NCBI RefSeq assembly: GCF_013122565.1
Contig: NZ_CP053258.1
Length of the DNA stretch: 64,000 nt
DNA from: Escherichia coli
GTDB taxonomy: Bacteria > Pseudomonadota > Gammaproteobacteria > Enterobacterales > Enterobacteriaceae
Strand: one strand, 5' to 3'
Under the pieces are notes generated by a model. That model worked only from the letters and a program-made list of their open reading frames with translations. It was not told the DNA's origin and did no database searches. This document shows positions 42,428-55,643 of this stretch, one piece after another. Position numbers and translations under genes: made by a program. Positions within the stretch are counted from its first letter, which is position 1; the number at the start of each line of letters is the position of its first letter.

Positions 42428-42830
42428 GCGGGCCAACCGGTACGCCGCGAAACAGCGCTACGCCTAAAACAGTGCCCACCAGCAGCCCAGCAACCAGTTG
42501 CGGCTGGCTGCCCATTAACGTCACGCCGCGCCCACCCAGCCAGGAGACAATAACGCCTACTGCAATTGCCACCAGCGATTTCCAGTTCAGAAACGAGTGA
42601 ATCAAGGTTGAGGGCGGTAGCGTCCCGCTGGCGATGGGGGCCATAACGCCAATCGTCAGAATGATTATCCCGATACTTAGCCCCTGTTTTTCAATCCACG
42701 GGAAAAAGGTGCTTAACGGTGTGACGCGGACAATGATCAACACCAGAATTGAAACGGCGACAGTGGTGTTATGACTGATAAAGCCCAGCGCAGCTAACCC
42801 GAGCAGGATCAGCAAAGTGACATCAAACAT
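42384..42830 (-). CDS. yeaL: UPF0756 membrane protein YeaL
   Basis: 148-aa multi-TM ORF starting [27 protein letters not shown]. Confidence 0.85.
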
Positions 42831-42999
42831 CGTGGTTTCCTTGCCAAAAAATAATAAGCCTGCTTACTTTACGCTTGCTGCAGGAAGGAAGTAGAAAATC
42901 TTTACGTTTTTTGCATAAAAAATCAGGCGAACTGTCATCAAACTGCCATTTGTGCACGCTAACAATAACGTGAAAACAGCTATCTCCCGGGGGCATGCT

Positions 43000-43104
43000 A
43001 TGAACGATCAAATGTTCGTCGAGACACTGATTATCACGTCATCGTTTTTTGCCATTGCGGTTGTGCTGGTTTTGTCCGTTCTGCTTATTGAACGGACAGG
43101 CTAG
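43000..43104 (+). CDS. yoaI: Small membrane protein YoaI, 34 aa
   Basis: ATG at 43000 translates to [34 protein letters not shown]; its stop abuts the convergent proX stop. Below the ORF-track size cutoff. Confidence 0.7.
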   Translation: MNDQMFVETLIITSSFFAIAVVLVLSVLLIERTG

Positions 43105-43608
43105 TTACGCAGTGCGGCGGAAATTGATCAGTTCTGGTTGCGCAATGCGCAAATAATCCGCGGTTTTCAAAATAACGGATTTATCCAGCATGCCTGCATT
43201 GAAGGCGATTTCATCAAATCGTTCGAAGAGTAGGGGGTCGGCAACCAGTTTGAGTTTTGGATGGAAGCTGAAAGGGGGGATCGCGCCGAAGACACAGCCT
43301 GTGAGTTCATCGACTTCCGCCGGGCTGGCCAACGAAGCGCGTAATCCGCCTATATGGCTGGCGAGTTGGCTCAGATCGGCCTGTTGATCGGCAGCGAGGA
43401 TCGCCAGAACATGTTGATTTACGCCATTGCCTTTGACTTTACATACCAGTGCCTTAGCCCCCTGGCCTAAAGCGGTGCCACGAATTTCTGACACCGCTTC
43501 GCATTTACCTACCGCTTCATGGGTAACGACGCGGAAGTCAGCACCTTCTTGTGATAATAAAGCGATTAACCGCTGATGCGTCACGCTTCCTTTAGCCATT
43601 TCAGTCAT
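43105..43608 (-). CDS. proX: YbaK/ProX-family aminoacyl-tRNA deacylase (YeaK)
   Basis: 167-aa ORF starting MTEMAKGSVTHQRLIALLSQEGADFRVVTHEAVGKCE. Confidence 0.9.
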   Translation of the reverse strand: MTEMAKGSVTHQRLIALLSQEGADFRVVTHEAVGKCEAVSEIRGTALGQGAKALVCKVKGNGVNQHVLAILAADQQADLSQLASHIGGLRASLASPAEVDELTGCVFGAIPPFSFHPKLKLVADPLLFERFDEIAFNAGMLDKSVILKTADYLRIAQPELINFRRTA

Positions 43609-43650
43609 TTCACGCTCCTGAGATTACAAGCAAACAACCACAGAAGATTA

Positions 43651-45141
43651 TCATGAACGGCTGTTTTTGTTCTGCTTATTGACATATAAACGCTCATCGG
43701 AAGCTTTATACGCATCATGTAACGTATCGTTTTCTTTCATCGCGTAAATACCGGAAGAGAAGCCAATCTCTTTCTGCGGCGCGATATGTTGCAGACGTTT
43801 TTCGATACGTTCAGGCAGTTGTGCTGCAATTTGCGGCGTCGAATCGACAAGAATGATGCAGAATTCATCGCCACCGAGTCGGATGGCATAATCACTTTTA
43901 CGAATCGACAGTTTAATCGCCTGAGCTAATAACGTAATCGCTAAATCCCCCTCCTGATGACCGAGGGTGTCATTTATTTGCTTTAACTTGTCCATGTCAA
44001 TTGCAATAAACATCACCGAAGAACCGGATTGCACCAGTTTTTGCAACCGCTGCTCCAGTTCAGGGGTTAAAATTTTGCGATTATAGAGTCCAGTCATCGC
44101 ATCACTAATATTTTCTCGCGACACATTTTGGTATAAACGGAAGTGCATCCGCACCATATTCAGCAAAATTAACGCCGTCAAAATCCAGAACAGAACGCTT
44201 TTCCACGAAGACGTGATAAAGTAAAGAATATCAATGGATAACGAGACACGAATGCCGCCCGGTAAGTCATGGACGTAACTGACATACTGGAACAGATTAT
44301 CTTCGCTCTGGTTGATGATAATGTCGCGCCCCGAATCTGTATCGGTTAGCGTGACATTGAGAAAACGCCAGAGGAGAGGGCGGTCATGAGTGTAAAAGAT
44401 ATTCCGCAGATTGTTTTTGTTAATATCCAGCAGCACAATCCCTTTTAGCTGCCCTGCAACATACACCGGCGTCAGCAAACTCATCACGTTCTGTTTAGTA
44501 CGCTGATCCTGGTAAATGCTCGACAATACGGTACGCCCGGTAAATACCTTTTCAATATCTTTGCGATCGATGCCAATACTTCCTGACTGCAGGAAGGACC
44601 AGTTATTCATCGCAAAGTATTCAACATTAACCGGCTCATAAAAATAGACATAGCGGTCATTGAGATCGAGATAATAGTGAAATTTCTCTTCGGCCATCCC
44701 AAGACCTGAACCGTAATCATCCTGGTGGCGGTTGCCTTCCACTGCCTGATCAAAAGCGGGTAATAGTGCTGCAGCTTCCACAATTGTGTCGCAGTCAGTG
44801 GATGCGGTTTGTAGTGTGCCGCGTAAGCCCGGGTATTTATGGGCAGTCAGGTTTAAGCCATGGGTATTATTGGCAGACTCAAAAGCCTCGCAGATGGCGC
44901 GCCGCTGTTCTGGCGACACTTCCGACTGCTCAGCAGCGAGAGCGCGCATCACATGCGCGGCAATACTCTGATTCTGATACTTATCATAAAGAAAGGAGGA
45001 GTCTGCTTTCTGCACGATATAGCGCAGATAGGCACTCATTGCTCTGTCGCTGGCGACAAGTTCAAAAATAAGGAAGGAAGATGTCAGCACAATGACACTT
45101 GCGGCGATAAAATGCCGGAGCATTCTATGGTGCAATTTCAT
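43651..45141 (-). CDS. dgcJ: Diguanylate cyclase DgcJ (YeaJ)
   Basis: ORF 43651-45321; start trimmed to MKLHHRMLRHFIAASVIVLTSSFLIF (496 aa); RLGGDEF motif. Confidence 0.85.
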   Translation of the reverse strand: MKLHHRMLRHFIAASVIVLTSSFLIFELVASDRAMSAYLRYIVQKADSSFLYDKYQNQSIAAHVMRALAAEQSEVSPEQRRAICEAFESANNTHGLNLTAHKYPGLRGTLQTASTDCDTIVEAAALLPAFDQAVEGNRHQDDYGSGLGMAEEKFHYYLDLNDRYVYFYEPVNVEYFAMNNWSFLQSGSIGIDRKDIEKVFTGRTVLSSIYQDQRTKQNVMSLLTPVYVAGQLKGIVLLDINKNNLRNIFYTHDRPLLWRFLNVTLTDTDSGRDIIINQSEDNLFQYVSYVHDLPGGIRVSLSIDILYFITSSWKSVLFWILTALILLNMVRMHFRLYQNVSRENISDAMTGLYNRKILTPELEQRLQKLVQSGSSVMFIAIDMDKLKQINDTLGHQEGDLAITLLAQAIKLSIRKSDYAIRLGGDEFCIILVDSTPQIAAQLPERIEKRLQHIAPQKEIGFSSGIYAMKENDTLHDAYKASDERLYVNKQNKNSRS

Positions 45142-45321
45142 GATAAATGGCACTCCTTCGGTTAGTGAAACGAGAAAACCAGATAAAGTTCGATTGCGGC
45201 CTGGCACAGGGGCGCTAATTATACTCATCTCTGCGCCGCTGGGGAGGGGAAATTTAGGGGTAATAGTAATAAATTGTATGCAAAAGCCACGCAAAAAGCA
45301 TGGCTCTGAATATTTTTGCAC

Positions 45322-46797
45322 TTAAATATGATGAATAATCACTTTGTTGCCCCCCTCGCTTTTCGCTTCGCGTAAGGCTTTATCTGCTTCCGTCATGACA
45401 AGCGAGATATTACGCGTGTCACCCGTTGAAAAAACCGTGCCAATACTGATGGTCATTTGTTCAGGAACATCATATCTGTTACTAAAGCCGGTCAGGAGTT
45501 CGACATTTTTACGCATACGTTCCGCAATGATTTTTGCCTGGGCACTATTGAGTTCGGTAAATAGCAAGCCAAACACCTCACCCTCCAGTCGCGCTAAAAT
45601 ATCATCGGGGCGGATGCTTTGCTGGATAATATCGACAATTGAAACCAGCACTTTATCACCCACACGATGTCCCCATTGGGCATTGATACGTTTGAACTGA
45701 TTAATATCAACCAGCATGACACAGAAGTCCTTAACAACAGGTCGCGACAATAATGACTCTACGCTGTTGAAAAAGTAGCGCCGATTATAAATATTGGTCA
45801 GCACATCATGAACTGCCAGTTTGCTGGAGAGTTGCAGTTCCTGAAAAATGTTATAAATCAGAAAAGACACAACAAACAGTTTACTGGAGACTTCAATCCC
45901 GCGACTGATATACCAGATGGTGTAATTATACTCATCCAGAGTCAGTAGAAGTAAGTTACAGCATAGCGATGCCAGACATAATAATGCTATTAACGGCCAT
46001 AGTTCGCTGGCTAATCGTGTACGCATGATAATAAAGAACAGTAAAAATGCCCACAAACAAACCAATATTTTTGTATAGTTGATTCCCCAGGTCGCAGTAT
46101 GGTTGTCCGGACAGTAATCGACGACATACAAAGAATAGTCAGCGTTATAACTGCTCAGATTGTGTGCCAGAAGGGGAAAAACTAAAAAAGGGATCAGCGC
46201 CAGCAACAGGATTGCCATTTTTTTCTTATTGTTGTCAAGGATGTTGTCTTTTCCATAACAAAAGAGCGCCAGCGAGGTTAAACAAATAAAACTGAGTTGG
46301 CGGAAAATATAGAAAATAGAAACATCATTCGACTTTGTCTGAATCAGTGTACTGTCGCTGATAGGTTTATGGATAACAACAATAGTTTCAACTAAATAGA
46401 TAAGGCCACTTAAAAACGCAAGACTTAAAATGAGTGTTGGTAGAATTTGTTTGTTAGTGAAATATTTCATTAACATGAAAAGAAAAATGATGGCGTTAAG
46501 GAAAAACAAAGCCACAACGACCATCAGATAATTCATCTGTGGGATGAGTTTTACATTCGTGTTTTCGTTATATAAGGTGGTGATGCAAAATAAAATTAAC
46601 GTCAGCAATAAACTGAAAATAAAAAAGCTTTGAGCTTTTAATTTTTGTGTACCCATAGAAACCATAAAAAGGAGAGCAATATGAGTGCTGGATTTTATTG
46701 ATGGCAGAGATATATAGTTTTGACCAGGATCAATTTTCGTTAACGATAAAAAATATTTAAAGAATAACCCCAGGGAAATACGTGTTGACCGAATCAT
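45322..46797 (-). CDS. cdgI: c-di-GMP-binding protein CdgI (YeaI), degenerate GGDEF domain
   Basis: 491-aa membrane protein with EGEVF in place of GGDEF (ARLEGEVFGLLF). Confidence 0.85.
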   Translation of the reverse strand: MIRSTRISLGLFFKYFLSLTKIDPGQNYISLPSIKSSTHIALLFMVSMGTQKLKAQSFFIFSLLLTLILFCITTLYNENTNVKLIPQMNYLMVVVALFFLNAIIFLFMLMKYFTNKQILPTLILSLAFLSGLIYLVETIVVIHKPISDSTLIQTKSNDVSIFYIFRQLSFICLTSLALFCYGKDNILDNNKKKMAILLLALIPFLVFPLLAHNLSSYNADYSLYVVDYCPDNHTATWGINYTKILVCLWAFLLFFIIMRTRLASELWPLIALLCLASLCCNLLLLTLDEYNYTIWYISRGIEVSSKLFVVSFLIYNIFQELQLSSKLAVHDVLTNIYNRRYFFNSVESLLSRPVVKDFCVMLVDINQFKRINAQWGHRVGDKVLVSIVDIIQQSIRPDDILARLEGEVFGLLFTELNSAQAKIIAERMRKNVELLTGFSNRYDVPEQMTISIGTVFSTGDTRNISLVMTEADKALREAKSEGGNKVIIHHI

Positions 46798-46943
46798 TTT
46801 TCCGAATGATTGTTTTCTGGAACTAAATTGTGTAAAGGTTATGCTGTCATATTTAAAACGATTGTAAGCTAATGTATGTAATAAATGAGATAATTTACAG
46901 TGAGCTAAAAATCAGCCAGGCGATAATGACCCGGCTGATAGTT

Positions 46944-48239
<1,296 letters not shown>

Positions 48240-48339
48240 CTACATTTGCCAACTGTATGCTACGCCTGTGTTGCCGCTTCTCTGGCCCACGGTTCGCTGT
48301 CGTTGTAGGCCCGGTAGCATGTATACCGGGCCAGGGTTG

Positions 48340-50274
48340 TTAAGACGATTTACGTACGCGCAAATACCATTCGCACAGTAAACGCACCTGTTTACGGGTG
48401 TAGCCTTTTTCCATCATACGGTCGACAAAGTCGTCATGTTTCTTCTGCTCGTCGGTTGACGTTTTGGCGTTAAACGAAATAACCGGCAACAGCTCCTCGG
48501 TATTGGAGAACATTTTCTTCTCGATAACCGTGCGCAGTTTTTCATAGCTGGTCCAGTTCGGATTGCGTCCGCTGTTATTCGCTCTGGCGCGCAGTACGAA
48601 GTTAACAATCTCGTTGCGGAAATCTTTTGGATTACTGATCCCCGCCGGTTTCTCGATTTTCTCCAGCTCGGCGTTAAGAGACTCGCGGTCAAACAGCTGC
48701 CCGGTATCCGGATCGCGATACTCCTGATCCTGAATCCAGAAATCCGCGTAGGTAACATAACGGTCGAAAATGTTTTGCCCATATTCGGAATAGGATTCAA
48801 GGTAGGCCGTCTGGATCTCTTTGCCGATAAACTCGGCATATTTCGGGATCAGATAACCTTTCAGGAACTCCAGATAGCGTTCTGCCTGCTCTTGCGGGAA
48901 CTGCTCGCGCTCGATCTGCTGTTCCAGGACGTAGAACAGATGGACCGGGTTTGCCGCCACTTCTACATGATCGAAGTTGAACACGCGGGAGAGGATCTTA
49001 AACGCAAAACGCGTCGACAGACCGTTCATCCCTTCATCGACACCGGCATAGTCACGATATTCCTGATACGACTTGGCTTTGGGATCGGTGTCTTTCAGAC
49101 TTTCGCCATCATAAACCCGCATCTTTGAATAAATGCTGGAGTTTTCTGGCTCTTTCAGGCGCGAAAGAATGGAAAAACGTGACAGTGTTTCGAGCGTGCC
49201 AGGGGCGCAGGGGGCGTGAGTCAATTCACTGTGATTAAGCAATTTCTCGTAGATTTTGATCTCTTCGGAAATGCGCAAGCAATACGGCACCTTTACGATG
49301 TAAACACGATCGAGGAAGGCTTCGTTGTTTTTGTTATTACGGAAAGTGACCCATTCGGATTCGTTCGAGTGGGCGAGAATAATCCCGTTGAACGGCAGGG
49401 CGGAGATACCTTCCGTCCCGTTGTAGTTACCTTCCTGAGTGGCGGTTAACAGCGGATGCAGCACTTTTATCGGTGCTTTAAACATCTCAACGAATTCCAT
49501 GATCCCCTGATTGGCGCGGCATAGTGCACCGGAATAGCCATAGGCGTCCGGGTCATTCTGCGCGTAGTGTTCGAGTTTACGAATATCGACTTTCCCAACC
49601 AGCGCGGAGATGTCCTGGTTGTTCTCATCACCGGGTTCCGTTTTGGCGATGGCAATTTGTTGCAGAATTGACGGCCAGACCTTCACTACCCGGAACTTAG
49701 TGATATCGCCACCAAATTCATGCAGGCGTTTTGCCGCCCACGGCGACATGATGGTGCCGAGATAACGGCGAGGAATGCCATACTCTTTTTCCAGAATCTG
49801 CGCATCTTCCTGCGGATTGAAAAGACAGAACGGATGATCGTTGACCGGGCTACGCTCACCGTTGGCGCTCAATACATAAATCGGTACGAGCTGCATTAAT
49901 GATTTCAGTCGCTCAGCAAGCGATGATTTACCCCCACCCACAGGCCCCAGCAGATACAGGATTTGTTTCTTCTCTTCCAGCCCCTGAGCCGCGTGTTTCA
50001 GATAAGAGACAATCTGTTCAATCGCGTCTTCCATGCCGTAAAACTCTTCAAATGCCGGATAACGTGCAATGACCCGGTTAGAAAAGAGTCGAGAAAGTCT
50101 GGGTTCCTGGGCTGTATCGACCATGACAGGCTCACCGATAGCCATCAATAGCCGCTCAGCCGCGTTGGCATAAGCACTGCGATCTTGCCGACAAGTGGTA
50201 AGAAACTCCTGCAGTGTGAACTCTTCGTCCTTGGCAGCTTCATATCGCTGGCGATAGTGATCGAATATATTCAT
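48340..50274 (-). CDS. yeaG: PrkA-family serine protein kinase YeaG
   Basis: 644-aa ORF starting MNIFDHYRQRYEAAKDEEFTLQEFL, with Walker A GPVGGGKSS. Confidence 0.95.
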   Translation of the reverse strand: MNIFDHYRQRYEAAKDEEFTLQEFLTTCRQDRSAYANAAERLLMAIGEPVMVDTAQEPRLSRLFSNRVIARYPAFEEFYGMEDAIEQIVSYLKHAAQGLEEKKQILYLLGPVGGGKSSLAERLKSLMQLVPIYVLSANGERSPVNDHPFCLFNPQEDAQILEKEYGIPRRYLGTIMSPWAAKRLHEFGGDITKFRVVKVWPSILQQIAIAKTEPGDENNQDISALVGKVDIRKLEHYAQNDPDAYGYSGALCRANQGIMEFVEMFKAPIKVLHPLLTATQEGNYNGTEGISALPFNGIILAHSNESEWVTFRNNKNNEAFLDRVYIVKVPYCLRISEEIKIYEKLLNHSELTHAPCAPGTLETLSRFSILSRLKEPENSSIYSKMRVYDGESLKDTDPKAKSYQEYRDYAGVDEGMNGLSTRFAFKILSRVFNFDHVEVAANPVHLFYVLEQQIEREQFPQEQAERYLEFLKGYLIPKYAEFIGKEIQTAYLESYSEYGQNIFDRYVTYADFWIQDQEYRDPDTGQLFDRESLNAELEKIEKPAGISNPKDFRNEIVNFVLRARANNSGRNPNWTSYEKLRTVIEKKMFSNTEELLPVISFNAKTSTDEQKKHDDFVDRMMEKGYTRKQVRLLCEWYLRVRKSS

Positions 50275-50709
50275 GGTATGCCGTCCTTTCGTTTTTTAGC
50301 ACAGGTTAAGAGCCGTTCATATGAATAGTAGAGGCTCCCGGAAGAGGTAAACTGAACGACGTCTCTTGCTAAAACACAGCAACTCTCATGCCATTTTATC
50401 GACGATGAGAACAACGTGCCCGGTGATACACCTTCAAAATTAAGCGTAGATGGCAAATGGAAAACTTGCCTGCACGGCTTTCTTAATTTCAATGGCATAT
50501 CAACAACTCATCCATAAATTTTGCATAATTAATGTAAAGACCAGGCTCGCCAGTAACGCTAAATTCATTTGGCTGTAAGCGCGGTGTCATCCGCGTCAGG
50601 AAAATTAAACAGTTACTTTAAAAAATGAAAACGTAAAAAGGTTGGGTTTCGATGTATTGACGGGTAAACTTTGTCGCCCGCTAAACATTTGTTTAAGGAA
50701 TGATTAATT

Positions 50710-51456
50710 GTGACCAAACTCAAACTTCTGGCACTTGGAGTGCTTATCGCAACGTCTGCAGGCGTAGCGCACGCTGAAGGTAAATTTTCCCTGGGCGCAG
50801 GCGTAGGTGTCGTTGAACACCCATATAAAGATTACGATACCGATGTGTACCCAGTACCGGTAATCAACTATGAAGGCGATAACTTCTGGTTCCGTGGCTT
50901 AGGTGGTGGTTACTACCTGTGGAATGACGCAACGGATAAACTTTCAATTACCGCTTACTGGTCGCCGCTTTACTTCAAAGCTAAAGACAGTGGCAATCAC
51001 CAAATGCGTCACCTGGATGACCGTAAGAGCACCATGATGGCTGGTCTGTCTTATGCTCACTTTACCCAGTACGGTTACCTGCGTACCACCCTGGCTGGCG
51101 ATACCCTGGATAACAGCAACGGCATCGTCTGGGATATGGCCTGGTTGTATCGTTACACCAACGGTGGCCTGACCGTGACTCCGGGTATTGGTGTGCAGTG
51201 GAACAGCGAAAATCAGAACGAATACTATTATGGCGTATCGCGCAAAGAGTCCGCTCGCAGCGGTCTGCGTGGCTATAACCCGAACGACAGCTGGAGCCCT
51301 TACCTGGAGCTGAGCGCCAGCTACAACTTCCTCGGCGACTGGAGTGTTTACGGTACCGCGCGCTACACCCGTCTGTCTGATGAAGTTACTGACAGCCCGA
51401 TGGTGGATAAATCCTGGACTGGCCTGATTTCTACCGGGATCACCTACAAATTCTGA
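50710..51456 (+). CDS. mipA: MltA-interacting outer-membrane protein MipA
   Basis: 248-aa ORF with GTG start, signal peptide MTKLKLLALGVLIATSAGVAHA. Confidence 0.9.
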   Translation: MTKLKLLALGVLIATSAGVAHAEGKFSLGAGVGVVEHPYKDYDTDVYPVPVINYEGDNFWFRGLGGGYYLWNDATDKLSITAYWSPLYFKAKDSGNHQMRHLDDRKSTMMAGLSYAHFTQYGYLRTTLAGDTLDNSNGIVWDMAWLYRYTNGGLTVTPGIGVQWNSENQNEYYYGVSRKESARSGLRGYNPNDSWSPYLELSASYNFLGDWSVYGTARYTRLSDEVTDSPMVDKSWTGLISTGITYKF

Positions 51457-51485
51457 TAATGCATCTTTCCAGGGCATTTTGTGCA

Positions 51486-51513
51486 TAAAAACAGGGCGTG
51501 ATGCCCTGTTTTG
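51486..51513 (+). terminator. Rho-independent terminator downstream of mipA
   Basis: Stem acagggc / gccctgt with gtgat loop followed by a T4 run. Confidence 0.6.
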
Positions 51514-51545
51514 CATTACGGTGGTGCAATACCTGGGAGGAAACA

Positions 51546-52400
51546 ATGCAACAAAAAATGATTCAATTTAGTGGCGATGTCTCACTGCCAGCCATAGGGC
51601 AGGGAACATGGTATATGGGCGAAGATGCCAGTCATCGCAAAACAGAAGTTGCTGCACTACGCGCGGGCATTGAACTCGGTTTAACCCTCATTGATACCGC
51701 CGAAATGTATGCCGATGGCGGTGCCGAAAAGGTGGTTGGGGAAGCATTAACCGGTCTGCGAGAGAAGGTCTTTCTCGTCTCTAAAGTCTATCCGTGGAAT
51801 GCTGGCGGGCAAAAAGCGATAAATGCATGCGAAGCCAGTTTACGCCGTCTCAATACTGATTATCTCGATCTCTACTTATTACACTGGTCTGGCAGTTTCA
51901 CTTTTGAAGAGACTGTCGCAGCGATGGAAAAATTGATCGCTCAGGGAAAAATCCGCCGCTGGGGCGTTTCTAACCTTGATTATGCCGATATGCAGGAACT
52001 CTGGCAGCTGCCGGGGGGAAATCAGTGTGCCACTAATCAGGTGCTTTACCATCTCGGTTCACGAGGGATTGAGTACGATCTACTCCCCTGGTGCCAGCAA
52101 CAACAGATGACGGTGATGGCTTACAGTCCATTAGCCCAGGCCGGGCGGTTGCGCAATGGGCTGTTAAAAAACGCGGTAGTCAACGAAATTGCACATGCTC
52201 ACAATATCAGCGCGGCACAAGTATTGTTGGCGTGGGTAATCAGCCATCAGGGTGTGATGGCGATTCCAAAAGCGGCCACGATTGCCCATGTCCAACAAAA
52301 TGCGGCTGTGCTTGAGGTCGAACTTTCTTCAGCGGAATTAGCTATGTTGGATAAGGCATATCCGGCACCAAAAGGAAAAACTGCGCTGGATATGGTGTGA
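51546..52400 (+). CDS. yeaE: Aldo-keto reductase YeaE
   Basis: ORF 51498-52400; start trimmed to MQQKMIQFSGDVSLPAIGQGTW (284 aa) with GGGAGG SD. Confidence 0.9.
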   Translation: MQQKMIQFSGDVSLPAIGQGTWYMGEDASHRKTEVAALRAGIELGLTLIDTAEMYADGGAEKVVGEALTGLREKVFLVSKVYPWNAGGQKAINACEASLRRLNTDYLDLYLLHWSGSFTFEETVAAMEKLIAQGKIRRWGVSNLDYADMQELWQLPGGNQCATNQVLYHLGSRGIEYDLLPWCQQQQMTVMAYSPLAQAGRLRNGLLKNAVVNEIAHAHNISAAQVLLAWVISHQGVMAIPKAATIAHVQQNAAVLEVELSSAELAMLDKAYPAPKGKTALDMV

Positions 52401-52450
52401 TGTTGATGCGTGCCGGATGCATCGCACCCGGCACACAACATTAACGCAAA

Positions 52451-53335
52451 TTAACGTTTGGTAACGCGAATGGATTGCGCCAGATGTGCAGGTTTTTCTT
52501 TGGTCACTTTTTGCGTTTCTGAAGCGTAAGCCGTTTCTACACAAACAAAGGTCTTGTAGCCATCGTCCGGCATGTCGCCCATGCTAACTGAAAGCGCCGG
52601 TCCCGGGTTCCAGCCGACAACGTTCAGATGATGCTGGTGGCCTACGGCGATAATACGATTCAGCGCTTCATCATTAATTACGCTGCAATCTTGCGGATTC
52701 AGATACACGCGATCGGTACGGTCAGGGAAGGTCTGAATACCGTCGGTCAGTACATCTTCTTTCGCGTCATTTACTTTATCAATGAAGCGATCGCCCAGCC
52801 CACTGACGCTTACCTTAGCGATATCACCCACGTTAAAGTAGGTATGCAGGGCAGAGGTGGTTTCAAATTCGCCATGAGATTCAAGATCGATTTCACAGGT
52901 TTTACCCACGCGGAAATGCGCTAACAGCGTAAAGTCGTGCGGCCAGAATTTTTTCGTCTCGTCGCTTTGTGTCAATTCAAAAGTCAGCGCTACGCCATCA
53001 GCATCTTCATAATGTGATTTCAGCGTCCACGGCAGGTTGCGGGCAAAACCGTGCGCAGGCAGACCTTGTTCTGCAGCCGGACCAAACCACGGCCAGCAAA
53101 CCGGTACGCCACCGCGAATAGCGACGCCATTTTTGAACGGTGTGTTGTTGCTCAACCACAGAACTTCTTCTTCACTCGCAGGTTTCCACGAGAGAAGGTG
53201 TGCGCCCTGTAATGCAAAAGAGGCTTTTACCTGGGGATGATCGACCACAATGAGGTCCAGTTCATCCAGTTTACGACGGGAGAGGACAGGGGAGATTTGT
53301 TCGATGACCGGAAGGGCAAAAATTTTATTAATCAT
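52451..53335 (-). CDS. yeaD: Glucose-6-phosphate 1-epimerase YeaD
   Basis: ORF 52451-53356; start trimmed to MINKIFALPVIEQISPV (294 aa). Confidence 0.9.
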   Translation of the reverse strand: MINKIFALPVIEQISPVLSRRKLDELDLIVVDHPQVKASFALQGAHLLSWKPASEEEVLWLSNNTPFKNGVAIRGGVPVCWPWFGPAAEQGLPAHGFARNLPWTLKSHYEDADGVALTFELTQSDETKKFWPHDFTLLAHFRVGKTCEIDLESHGEFETTSALHTYFNVGDIAKVSVSGLGDRFIDKVNDAKEDVLTDGIQTFPDRTDRVYLNPQDCSVINDEALNRIIAVGHQHHLNVVGWNPGPALSVSMGDMPDDGYKTFVCVETAYASETQKVTKEKPAHLAQSIRVTKR

Positions 53336-53365
53336 GACGCAGTCCTTTAACTTCATTTTATCAGG

Positions 53366-53397
53366 TAAAAAAAAGAGCGACCGAAGTCGCTCTTTTT
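53366..53397. terminator. Bidirectional terminator between gapA and yeaD
   Basis: Stem gagcgac / gtcgctc with cgaa loop flanked by an A8 run and a T5 run. Confidence 0.65.
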
Positions 53398-53418
53398 AGA
53401 TCACAGTGTCATCTCAAC

Positions 53419-54426
<1,008 letters not shown>

Positions 54427-54755
54427 CTATTTGTTAGTGAATAAAAGGTTGCCTGTAAAATTACAAAAACCTTACGCAGCGTCAAGCGGAATCGTGTCAA
54501 TCATTGCGACAAATCAATCCTGTGCCTAAGCATTACGCGACTGACTCGCCTCACTCTTCCTTTGGGCTTGAGACCACATGGGGTCGGCGCCCCGAATTTT
54601 AAAGGGCAATTACGATAAAAATGTGATTTTCATCACGATTTAGGTGCAGCCATTTCGTCGAGATCAAGTTTAGGACAAAATTTTACCAGTTGGTGTTAAT
54701 GTTTTGTTAGAATCAGTCACGTAATGTGAGCACGATTAAAGTGAGATGTGAGCAA

Positions 54756-55169
54756 ATGGCTAATAAACCTTCGGCAGAAGAACTGAAAAAAAATTTGTCC
54801 GAGATGCAGTTTTACGTGACGCAGAATCATGGGACAGAGCCGCCATTTACGGGTCGTTTACTGCATAACAAGCGTGACGGCGTATATCACTGTTTGATCT
54901 GCGATGCCCCGCTGTTTCATTCCCAAACCAAGTATGATTCCGGCTGTGGCTGGCCCAGTTTCTACGAACCGGTGAGTGAAGAATCCATTCGTTATATCAA
55001 AGACTTGTCACATGGAATGCAGCGCATAGAAATTCGTTGCGGTAACTGTGATGCCCATCTGGGGCATGTCTTTCCCGACGGGCCGCAGCCAACGGGCGAA
55101 CGTTATTGTGTTAACTCTGCCTCTTTACGCTTTACCGATGGCGAAAACGGCGAAGAAATCAACGGTTGA
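54756..55169 (+). CDS. msrB: Peptide methionine-(R)-sulfoxide reductase MsrB
   Basis: ORF 54726-55169; start trimmed to [31 protein letters not shown] (137 aa); CxxC zinc motifs. Confidence 0.9.
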
Positions 55170-55210
55170 AAAAACGATTCAGCAACTTATTCCACAGGAG
55201 CGGAAAAATT

Positions 55211-55483
55211 ATGAATCTTGATGACATTATCAACAGCATGACGCCTGAGGTATACCAGCGTTTGTCGACCGCCGTTGAACTGGGGAAATGGCCTGATGGC
55301 GTTGCGTTGACCGAGGAACAAAAAGAGAACTGCCTGCAACTGGTGATGCTGTGGCAAGCCCGCCATAATACCGAAGCACAGCATATGACAATTGACACAA
55401 ATGGTCAGATGGTCATGAAGAGCAAACAGCAGTTAAAAGAAGATTTTGGTATCTCAGCAAAGCCTATTGCCATGTTTAAGTGA
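55211..55483 (+). CDS. yeaC: DUF1315 protein YeaC
   Basis: ORF 55166-55483; start trimmed to MNLDDIINSMTPEVYQRLSTAVELGKWPDG (90 aa). Confidence 0.8.
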   Translation: MNLDDIINSMTPEVYQRLSTAVELGKWPDGVALTEEQKENCLQLVMLWQARHNTEAQHMTIDTNGQMVMKSKQQLKEDFGISAKPIAMFK

Positions 55484-55589
55484 ATGAGTTATCTAGTATT
55501 TAAGCCTGTTATTAAGGGAGGGCAAATATACTTGTTCGGACGTCGTGTTTTAGCTGCAAGTAGGTTAAATGCAACACTGACAAGTATTA

Positions 55590-55626
55590 TCTGGCCTACA
55601 ATGTCATTGAGGAAATGTAGGCCAGA
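55590..55626. repeat. Hairpin in the pncA-yeaC spacer
   Basis: Stem tctggcctaca / tgtaggccaga with 15-nt loop, nested within a wider inverted repeat atacttgt ... acaagtat; no U-tract. Confidence 0.5.
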
Positions 55627-55643
55627 GATGAATTCAACTAAAA

